Made by a program: the position numbers and the translations under genes
Shown: piece by piece, positions 48,897 to 56,560 of the stretch
Layout of the letters: the number at the start of each line of letters is the position of its first letter
Numbering within the stretch: the stretch's first letter is position 1
Assembly: GCA_050950285.1 (NCBI GenBank)
Contig: JBMNHG010000011.1
Span: 62,001 to 126,000, forward strand
DNA length: 64,000 nucleotides
Origin: Kiritimatiellia bacterium
GTDB taxonomy: Bacteria > Verrucomicrobiota > Kiritimatiellia > RFP12 > JBMNHG01
Direction of reading: 5' to 3'
The notes under the pieces: model-generated
Databases searched by the model: none
Told to the model about the DNA's origin: nothing
Seen by the model: only the letters and a program-made list of their open reading frames with translations

Positions 48897-48914
48897 GGCG
48901 GAATTTCGTTGTCC

Positions 48915-50765
48915 TCAGCGAACGAGCAGGATGGTGCCGTTGCGCTCCGGAACGGCGATGGCGAGTTCGAACGGATCCGACGTGTCGAGCGAGACATCCT
49001 CCGGGAGGTCGAGGATCACATCCGTCAGATCGACTTCGTCCGTCCCCGCCAGGCGTCGCGACGACGAGAAGAGGACGATGCGCCCGCCATCCAGGTATTT
49101 GGGGCTCACCGCGACCCGCAGGGTCGTGCCCGCCTCGAGGTTGAGGCGATATCCCGTGACGGGGACGTTGCCGAATCCTTCCTTCGGGATGTTGAACGAA
49201 AGGACGGCCGAACGCCTCGTCTGAATGCCGTCAATGAGTTGGAGCACGGAGTTCGTCCCGCCGACGACGAGGTGCGCCCGGTTGCCCGAGGTGTTGCCGA
49301 AGCCGACGAAATTGGCGAGGACCGTGGCGTTGGAAACGACGAGCCTGCAATCGTCGGCGTAATCGCCGATGTACATGTACGGCACGCGCAGCAACCCGCC
49401 GTTGACCACTTCGATGACGCTGTTCGATGCGGAGGCGGTCCCGCTGCAGTTGAGGCTGTTGCCCGGGCTGTAGAACTCGCCGCCGTCGCATACGAGCCGT
49501 GCGCCGGAGCCGCTGTTGCCGACGAACGAGCGTCTCGTCCAGGTCGTGCCCGCCTCGTTGCGGATGGAGAGCTTTGCGCCATCCTCGATTCGGAGGACGC
49601 CCTTGGTGCTTTTTGCTTGCATGCCGATGCGAAGGGTGCCGTTGGTGATCGACATCTCGGCGCCGTCGTCGAGGACGGCTTCGCTGTCCACGGATTCCAC
49701 ATCGCCAATGTAGACTTCGCCGGCGACATCCACTTTCGTGCCGCTCCCGGTCGCGACGAACCGGTTCCCGGTGGGCGGAGTCGGATCCGCGGATCGACCG
49801 GAGCGGGTCGCCCCGACGGTCACGCCGTTTGACACGGAAAGATGGGCTCCCCCCGACACCGCCACGAGGTTGGAATGGGTGACGTAGCCGGCATACAGCC
49901 TCCCCCGAATCGACGCCGTGGCGCCGTCCCGGACTTCGAGCCGGTTCTCGGAACTGAACTTCGATACATCCCTGCCATTGTCCAGATCCCAGCCCAGTTG
50001 GAGCGGCATGTTCTTCCGCTGGACGAAGGTGGCGCCGTTCGACACCACCAGCGCGCTCCCCGGCCCCAGCCCGCCGATGCCCGTGCAGGGCACGACCGTG
50101 TCTTCCGGGATGATGAACGTCGGTCCTTCCCCCGTGATTTCGACGACGTTGTTGCTGGCGGCGTAGTTCCAACACCCCATCCTGAGTCCACCGGAAAGGG
50201 TGCCGCCATTTCGGACCGTAAGGCGGTTCCAGCCTCTGCCCTGCCCGAATTGCAGGACGCCACGTCCGAGCGAAAGGCAGGCGTCGGGGCCGTCCACGAC
50301 GTACGTGCCGCCTGCGCCGCAGTCGCCGACGTACGCCGTGCCGGTGCTGTCGTCCGCAAGGCCGATGGTGCCGCTCACCAGGGTGAGTTTCGATCCGGCG
50401 CCGTATTCCCAGGACGCATTCCGGTTGCTGTCCATGCGGAACCGGTTCTGCCCCTGCACTTTTTTCCCGGCTCCAAGGTCGACCGTCGCCCAGACGCCAT
50501 GCTGTTGGTAGCAGTACCCGAAGTCGAGCTCGCCAACGAGAAGCGAGGTGGAGTTGGCGAGGACGAGGCGGTCGCTGGCGCTCCCGTAGATGATCATCGC
50601 TTTGTCCGCGCTCCCCGGCACGGTTCCGCCCCATTTCGCCGGATCATCCAGCGACGCGCCGTCGGAGACGTAAAGGATCGCGCCCTGTGCGGCGGAGGCG
50701 AGGATCGTCGAGACGACGATGGCCGATTTCAAGGTCGATTGGAATCCCGGGCGAGTTCTTTTCAT
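48915..50765 (-). CDS. secreted passenger-like beta-helix protein with terminal GTILLVR motif; paralog of the 58453 gene
   Basis: GAAAGGAAAGG RBS; signal peptide; repeated L(T/E/V)V(R/S)(N/D)GA coils; GGRIVLFS...LDLPEDVSL. Confidence 0.85.
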   Translation of the reverse strand: MKRTRPGFQSTLKSAIVVSTILASAAQGAILYVSDGASLDDPAKWGGTVPGSADKAMIIYGSASDRLVLANSTSLLVGELDFGYCYQQHGVWATVDLGAGKKVQGQNRFRMDSNRNASWEYGAGSKLTLVSGTIGLADDSTGTAYVGDCGAGGTYVVDGPDACLSLGRGVLQFGQGRGWNRLTVRNGGTLSGGLRMGCWNYAASNNVVEITGEGPTFIIPEDTVVPCTGIGGLGPGSALVVSNGATFVQRKNMPLQLGWDLDNGRDVSKFSSENRLEVRDGATASIRGRLYAGYVTHSNLVAVSGGAHLSVSNGVTVGATRSGRSADPTPPTGNRFVATGSGTKVDVAGEVYIGDVESVDSEAVLDDGAEMSITNGTLRIGMQAKSTKGVLRIEDGAKLSIRNEAGTTWTRRSFVGNSGSGARLVCDGGEFYSPGNSLNCSGTASASNSVIEVVNGGLLRVPYMYIGDYADDCRLVVSNATVLANFVGFGNTSGNRAHLVVGGTNSVLQLIDGIQTRRSAVLSFNIPKEGFGNVPVTGYRLNLEAGTTLRVAVSPKYLDGGRIVLFSSSRRLAGTDEVDLTDVILDLPEDVSLDTSDPFELAIAVPERNGTILLVR

Positions 50766-50865
50766 GGCGAACGTTTCCTTTCCTTTCAGTGAATGGTTCC
50801 TTGTCGGTGAATGGCTCTTCCCACGCCACCATCGTAAGGTTTCCCGTTTGCGGGACAAGTGCATT

Positions 50866-50895
50866 ATGCGTAAAAAAACGTTTCATTTTGCGCAC
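50866..50895. promoter_or_regulatory. candidate regulator binding site, copy of 59888-59917
   Basis: ATGCGTAAAAAAACGTTTCATTTTGCGCAC, 26/30 identical to the site upstream of the XylR-type gene; imperfect palindrome. Confidence 0.6.
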
Positions 50896-53009
50896 GGCGG
50901 GAATTCGAAGGCGGCGGTGTCGGAGCCGGGCAGGCGGGGGAGATCCTCGCCCCGAAGCAGGGTCTTGCCGTCGCGCATGGCCAGGATGCGGGGCATGATC
51001 GCGCAGTGCCACAGGAGGAAGCGGGCGTCGATGCGCGATTCGCCTTCCAGGGACAGGACGGGGCCTTCGTGCCGGGCGAATTGCAGGAATGTGCCGCCGA
51101 GCGCCTGCACCCGGGCGCCGTCGCGGGCGATGAAGAGCCGGTCGGCGTTCTCCGACTTGAAGCCCAGGATCCAGGCGTTGGAATTCCGGAACGAATAGAG
51201 TCCCGTCGGGACGTGTTCGGTGTTGATGTAGCGCGCGTAGAAGTCCGTGTTCTCGACGGCAAGCGTGCCGGCCGCGTTTTCCGCGATCGGCATGACGCAG
51301 TTGTTGATGAAGACGGTCTTGCGTGGCGAGGAACGGGGGTTTGGATTGCGCCAGACGCGCCAGATGTCGCCCGACGCGTCCGCGCCCAGCACGGTGATCA
51401 GGTTGTCGCGAGCCACCAAGCCGCGGCCGTGGTTGAATTCGCAGAAGATGTCTTCGCAGCAGACCGTGCGTGGCGCCGTCTGGTCCACGAGCACGCCGCC
51501 TGCGGTGTAGAAGCGGCGGATGTAGAGGACGGCGTCGGCGTCTTCCGCCACCTCGAAAAGCGCGCGGGCGCCGGGGCCTTCGCCTTTCACGCGGTAGGCC
51601 GTCGAGTAGAGGCCGTCGATCTCGCGGACGGTCGCGGGGATCTCGACGGTGCCGTCGATGCGGTAGTTGGAGCGGGCGAAGAGGATGCGGGGGCGCCCCG
51701 AGCGCATGGCGCGCTGGATTGCCGCCGTGTCGTCGGCGCGGCCGTCGCCCGCGGCGCCGAAGTCTTCGACGACGGCGCATGCGTCGAGGCCGCCCGGCGT
51801 GTAGAGCACGCCTTCGTCCCTGGCCTCGACGAGGGGCCGCCAGTCCGCGCCGGGGAGGAAGAGGCGGCCTCCATCCTCGGTGCGCGTCGGCGTGGGGGCC
51901 GCGACGTCGCTCTCCAGCACGCAGGCGAGCGCGGCGCGGCGGACGACGAGCCCCGTCTCGCCGGCTTCGATGCGGACGCGGCGCGCGCTGAGCGAATCGC
52001 CGCCCCCCGTCGAGCGGTTGGCGCCGAGGTCGATGCCGATGCGGCGCGCGCGGATCGTCGCGTATTCGAGCGTCACGCTCGTCTCGCGCCCGGCGGCGAT
52101 GCGGATGCCGGTGTCGAAGCCGTCGATCGCGAGATCGCGGATTTGCCCCGTGCAGTTGTTCGCGTCGGACAGCACGCCGATCGCGCCGCGCCCGTCGGCC
52201 GACCGGCAGCGGATGTTGCGCAGCGCGCCGTAGTTCGACACGTTCCAGCGCACGGCGACGGCGCCCGGGTTCCCCCGGCCGGTGTCGATGGTGAAGTTTT
52301 CGAAGAAGTTGCTGTTGTTGACGTTGGATCCGCGCACGAGGAGGTAGTTCGCGAGGACGGGGCGGGGGCGTTCGGGGTCTCCGAACCCCGCCGCGCCGTC
52401 CCTGAGGCGGATCACGGTTCCCTCGCGGCTTTCGCCGAGGAGAATGACGTGCCAGTTGGCTTCGGCATAGACGAGCGATTCGTAGAACTGCCCCCTGTCG
52501 AAACGGCCGTCGTTGTTGTCGTCGGCGAAGATCTTCGCGTTCCCGTGGAGGTTCGGCACGACGCCCGGGGCGTGGCCTTCGCTCTCGTAGAGCGCCTGCT
52601 CCGCTTCGAGCGATTCGACGCGGCGGTAGCGGCAGTCGGCGAAGCCGTGTTCGTGGATGTCGAGCGCGAGCGCGGGCCAGGGTTGCGAGACCGTGTCGGA
52701 GACGAGGTACGTGCCGCGAGGCAGGAAGACGAACCAGTGGTGTTGCTGGCCCTGGTTGCAATGCGTGCCTTCGGGGGAGGACGCCGGCGGCATGTGGTCG
52801 CGGCAGAAGGCGAGCGCGGCGCGGAGCGCCTCCGTGTCGTCCGCGACGCCGTCGCCCTTCGCGTTGAACGGCGGCTTCGTCACGTCGAGCACCTCCCCTC
52901 CGACGCCCTCGTGGAAGAAGGCGCGCGGGGGGAACGTTTCCGTGCGCCGCACGTTGCGGTCGCCGGGGCGGAAGCGGGCGGTGTTTTCAGGACGTTGTTC
53001 GAGGTTCAT
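50883..53009 (-). CDS. tandem beta-helix (Pectate_lyase_3/GH55-like) glycoside hydrolase
   Basis: DVTKPPFNAKGDGVADDTEAL...VFLPRGTYLVSDT and a second VEDFGAAGDGRADDTAAIQRAM; NFTIDTGRGNPGAVA. Confidence 0.8.
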   Translation of the reverse strand: MNLEQRPENTARFRPGDRNVRRTETFPPRAFFHEGVGGEVLDVTKPPFNAKGDGVADDTEALRAALAFCRDHMPPASSPEGTHCNQGQQHHWFVFLPRGTYLVSDTVSQPWPALALDIHEHGFADCRYRRVESLEAEQALYESEGHAPGVVPNLHGNAKIFADDNNDGRFDRGQFYESLVYAEANWHVILLGESREGTVIRLRDGAAGFGDPERPRPVLANYLLVRGSNVNNSNFFENFTIDTGRGNPGAVAVRWNVSNYGALRNIRCRSADGRGAIGVLSDANNCTGQIRDLAIDGFDTGIRIAAGRETSVTLEYATIRARRIGIDLGANRSTGGGDSLSARRVRIEAGETGLVVRRAALACVLESDVAAPTPTRTEDGGRLFLPGADWRPLVEARDEGVLYTPGGLDACAVVEDFGAAGDGRADDTAAIQRAMRSGRPRILFARSNYRIDGTVEIPATVREIDGLYSTAYRVKGEGPGARALFEVAEDADAVLYIRRFYTAGGVLVDQTAPRTVCCEDIFCEFNHGRGLVARDNLITVLGADASGDIWRVWRNPNPRSSPRKTVFINNCVMPIAENAAGTLAVENTDFYARYINTEHVPTGLYSFRNSNAWILGFKSENADRLFIARDGARVQALGGTFLQFARHEGPVLSLEGESRIDARFLLWHCAIMPRILAMRDGKTLLRGEDLPRLPGSDTAAFEFPPCAK

Positions 53010-56000
53010 TTCAGGATTTCAAGCGAGGCTTCGCCGAGTTCGTTGCAGTCCTCGATCTTCGGGACGCCGGCTCCGACGCTCGGCCAGAGCCGATCGACCC
53101 AGCGGACGAGGCGAAGGGTGTTGGGTCCGTCGAATCGCACGAGCCCCGTGATGTCGAGCGTCTGGAGCGACTTGTCGATGTCGAGCAGGTACCCGTTCAG
53201 GGCGAGTCCCGAGAGCGAGCGCGAGTAGCGCAGGCGGATGCGCTTGCCGCGCGCGGATTCGGGGAGCGTGAAGGTGGTTTCGTAGAAGTTATGCACTTTC
53301 GTTTCGCCGGGGCGAACGGGCTCGCGCTCGCCGACGCGCAGGCAGGCGAACCACGGGCCGTCGAGCGGGATCGTCTCGTCCACCGGCGGATGGCAGACGA
53401 GCAGGAACAGGCCGGTCGACCCCGTCGGCGACGTGGTGTGGCCGGGGGCGCGGAGCGAGGGAAGGATGCGGAGATCGAGGCGGATGTTGCCGGTCGCGGC
53501 CGCTTCCGTCACATCGAGCGCGAACGAACCGCTTCGCTGCGGGCGGATCGGCTGTTCGAGCGCGGCGGGCCGGCCGTTCACGTCGAGCTCGGCCGCCGGA
53601 TAGAGCCCCCAGAACCAGAAGCGCGCGTCGTAGACGAGCTCCACGCGGCGTCCTTTCCAGGCCTCCGGGACCGCAACCGTGCGGGAAAACGCGGCATCTT
53701 CGTTTTCGGGGATGCCCATGGTCGCGTAGGTGCCGAGATCGACTTCGCGGCCGTTGTGGATCCATCCAGAGTCGAGCGCGACGCGATCGGGATCGGGCGC
53801 GACCGCGGGCTCGGTCCATTCCACGGTTTCGACGGGGTGCCACGTCTCCGCGAACGCGCGGATCCAGCGGCAGGCCGCGCCGCCCGGGTCGTCGGCCGGC
53901 ACGGCATAGAGCTTCGACTCCATGCCGGCGTACTCGCGCTCGGGAATCGAGAACGCGCCGTCGGCCCAGGCGGCATCGACGCGCGGATGCCCTTTCACGC
54001 CGAAGTCGCGCACCTCGCGGGGCGGGGCCGCCCGGCGGAACGTGGCGCGGAACGAATCGACCTTGTCGATGTTCTCGCGACCGTGGAGGCTCGTCATGTA
54101 GGTGGCGAGGTAGAGGTCGTAGAGGCCGTTCTTGGATTCGAAGGCCTCGCCCCAGAACCGCGGATGCGGCGGGACGGAGTCGCGCGGGATGTCCAGACGG
54201 TCGAAGAGCGCGGCGAACCACGTCGCGTCGAGGGCGTGCCTGGGCGTTCCAAGGCGGATGAGGCGGCCGTTCCCGATGGGGTGTTCGGTCGCGTCGGCGT
54301 CGTTCCGTTCGATGCCGAAGACGCGTGGAAGCGGCCAGGCGTCGCGCTTCTCGATGGAATGGCGTCCGGTGTGGTGCTGGGCGACGAACGTGCCGCCGCG
54401 CTCGACCCAGGCCTTGAGCCCCTCGCATTCGGCATCGGTGAGCAGGAACGTCGCGTCGTCGACGATGACGTCGAGTTGGTCGAGGATGTCCGGGTCGGCG
54501 AGGTCGCAGGTTTCGATGTAGGAGAGCGTGCGTCCCGTGGCCTGGACCGTTCCGCGGCCGATGTCCCAGTCCCAGATGTCGTGGAACCCGAGTCGTTCCA
54601 TCCGCGTCGAGCGCAGCACGGCGATGCGGGGCGCGGGCTGGCGCATCTTGCCGAGCGCATGGACGAGCTCGATGTTGTCTTCGAGCCAGGCGCGGATTTC
54701 GGGGTCGCGCGTGTAGTGCTGCACGCTGAAGACGAGGTCCGCGGCGGAATTGCCGTAGTTGAGATAGCGCGAGATGTTGGCGCGGAGTTGCGCGGCGTCT
54801 TGCGGCGGCCCGCCCTGTTCGCAACTGAAGGGCAGGCGGTGCGAGCGCGAATAGCCGTCGCCCTGCATCGGCGCCCAGAACGCGGCGGCGCCGCCGGTGT
54901 CGTGCTGGTACGCGCCGTAGCGGCGGCAAAGCGCAAGCGAATGGTCGTAGAAGCTGTGCGTCGCCATGAGCTTGATCGGCCGTTCGGGATCGACCGAGCG
55001 GATCGCCCGGAGATTCCCTTCGATGTAGTGGCAGCGCAGGGCGGCGGAGAATTCGATCGCCTCGAAGAAGCGGCGGTTTTCTTCCTCCGTCATGTCGAAG
55101 TAGCCGCGCAAGGGCGTCGCGTTGAGGAAGCAATAGCCGGGGAGGTTCGCCCCGCGCGTGTCGAGCACGATTTCGTTTTCGCCGGCGCGGAGCGCGGCCG
55201 AGAGATCGTAGCAGAACGACCAATCGACCTCGGGCGCGACGCGCGGGCACTCGACGCCGTTCACCGTCACCGTCGGCGGCAGCGTGCGCGAGCCATGGCA
55301 GTGGGCGACGGCGCTGTGCAGGAAGCGCCAGCGCGCGAGGTCGCCGTCGGGCGCCGTGAACGTGCGGAGGAGCGTGAACGGCGACGGCGCCTTCCGGTCG
55401 AGCGAGTTGGCGAGGAGCACCGTCATGTCCGCCGAATCGATTTCCGTCGCGAGGTCCGTCGCGGCGTGGCGAAGCTCCCATTTTCCCCGGAGGTCGAGCT
55501 TGGGGCCGGGGCCGAGGAAGTCCTCGGCGACCGGGACGTCGCCCTCGTGGTTGCGCTTCCAGAGTTCGATGACGATCGGGGTTCGGGCGACCGAGGAGAG
55601 GTCGGTGATCGTCGCCGTCGGGATTTCATCGCATCCGTGCCAGCCGAGGAGCGGGCCCTCCGGGTCGCCGTAGCGTTCGGCGAGGCGGCGGCGGAAATCC
55701 CACTCGTAGCGTTCGAAGCCGGTCGGCTCGTAGTACCCGACCAGCGCCTGGAGCGAGCGGAAGCAGTACGGCGCGTCGCGGAAACCCTCTGCGGGCAGGG
55801 CGTAGGGGAGGGGGTACCGGTTCCAGAACCAGCCGCGCGACACGACATCGCCGAAGAGAAGCTGCCGGTAGCCGATGCCGTACTTCCGCGCCATGGCGTC
55901 GTTGTAGTCGAAGAGCGTGTAGTCCGCGATGCCCGGGCCCAGCAGCCGATCCACGCCGGGCATCGACGTGCACATGGCGAGCCCCTGGTCCCGCAGGTAT

Positions 56001-56488
56001 TCGAACTGGAACGGCAGATCGTCCTTCTGCCCGCCGCCGCTGATCCAGAGCGCCGCCGCCGCATTGTCGAAGCAGTCGAGATAGCGCGGATACGCGCCGT
56101 CCGCGACCGGCGCGAGCGCGCGGGCGGCGAGCGCCTTGCGGACGGCGTCCGCGTCGGAGCCGAAAATCTCGACGGTCTTCTCCCCGACGACGCCGAGCCC
56201 CCAGGCGCCGACGCCGTCGAGCGACAGGACCGTGGCGCCACCCCCTTCGGCGCGCAGGTCGCCGAACCCCTGCAGATCGCGCTTGCGCTTCGACGCGAGG
56301 CGCATCGCCGTCGCGGCATCCCGGAGCTTGAACTCCGTGATCTCCAGCGCCCCGTCCGTCGAGCGCGCGACCTCGACCGTGCCGAAACCGCGGCAATCGA
56401 CTTTGAACGCCGGGGCCGGCGCATCGCCGAGGGCGATCATCGCACTGCAGGAGAGGAGGAGGGAAGCTTGCGCAATGGTCTTCATCAT
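53006..56488 (-). CDS. large secreted beta-galactosidase-like mosaic (GH42-like barrel and trimerisation domain plus jelly-roll domains)
   Basis: Signal peptide; LRAIRSVDPERPI, SCEQG, LKAWVERGGTFV, IGNGRLI; LDLRGKW...LRAGENEI, VPEAWKGRRV, LVRFDGPNTL. Confidence 0.65.
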   Translation of the reverse strand: MMKTIAQASLLLSCSAMIALGDAPAPAFKVDCRGFGTVEVARSTDGALEITEFKLRDAATAMRLASKRKRDLQGFGDLRAEGGGATVLSLDGVGAWGLGVVGEKTVEIFGSDADAVRKALAARALAPVADGAYPRYLDCFDNAAAALWISGGGQKDDLPFQFEYLRDQGLAMCTSMPGVDRLLGPGIADYTLFDYNDAMARKYGIGYRQLLFGDVVSRGWFWNRYPLPYALPAEGFRDAPYCFRSLQALVGYYEPTGFERYEWDFRRRLAERYGDPEGPLLGWHGCDEIPTATITDLSSVARTPIVIELWKRNHEGDVPVAEDFLGPGPKLDLRGKWELRHAATDLATEIDSADMTVLLANSLDRKAPSPFTLLRTFTAPDGDLARWRFLHSAVAHCHGSRTLPPTVTVNGVECPRVAPEVDWSFCYDLSAALRAGENEIVLDTRGANLPGYCFLNATPLRGYFDMTEEENRRFFEAIEFSAALRCHYIEGNLRAIRSVDPERPIKLMATHSFYDHSLALCRRYGAYQHDTGGAAAFWAPMQGDGYSRSHRLPFSCEQGGPPQDAAQLRANISRYLNYGNSAADLVFSVQHYTRDPEIRAWLEDNIELVHALGKMRQPAPRIAVLRSTRMERLGFHDIWDWDIGRGTVQATGRTLSYIETCDLADPDILDQLDVIVDDATFLLTDAECEGLKAWVERGGTFVAQHHTGRHSIEKRDAWPLPRVFGIERNDADATEHPIGNGRLIRLGTPRHALDATWFAALFDRLDIPRDSVPPHPRFWGEAFESKNGLYDLYLATYMTSLHGRENIDKVDSFRATFRRAAPPREVRDFGVKGHPRVDAAWADGAFSIPEREYAGMESKLYAVPADDPGGAACRWIRAFAETWHPVETVEWTEPAVAPDPDRVALDSGWIHNGREVDLGTYATMGIPENEDAAFSRTVAVPEAWKGRRVELVYDARFWFWGLYPAAELDVNGRPAALEQPIRPQRSGSFALDVTEAAATGNIRLDLRILPSLRAPGHTTSPTGSTGLFLLVCHPPVDETIPLDGPWFACLRVGEREPVRPGETKVHNFYETTFTLPESARGKRIRLRYSRSLSGLALNGYLLDIDKSLQTLDITGLVRFDGPNTLRLVRWVDRLWPSVGAGVPKIEDCNELGEASLEILK

Positions 56489-56560
56489 GGTTCGTCGGGG
56501 CTGTGCGTGGGTCGGTGTGTCGTGGCGGTGTCCTGCGACAGGGCTGCCGGGGCCCCCTCG

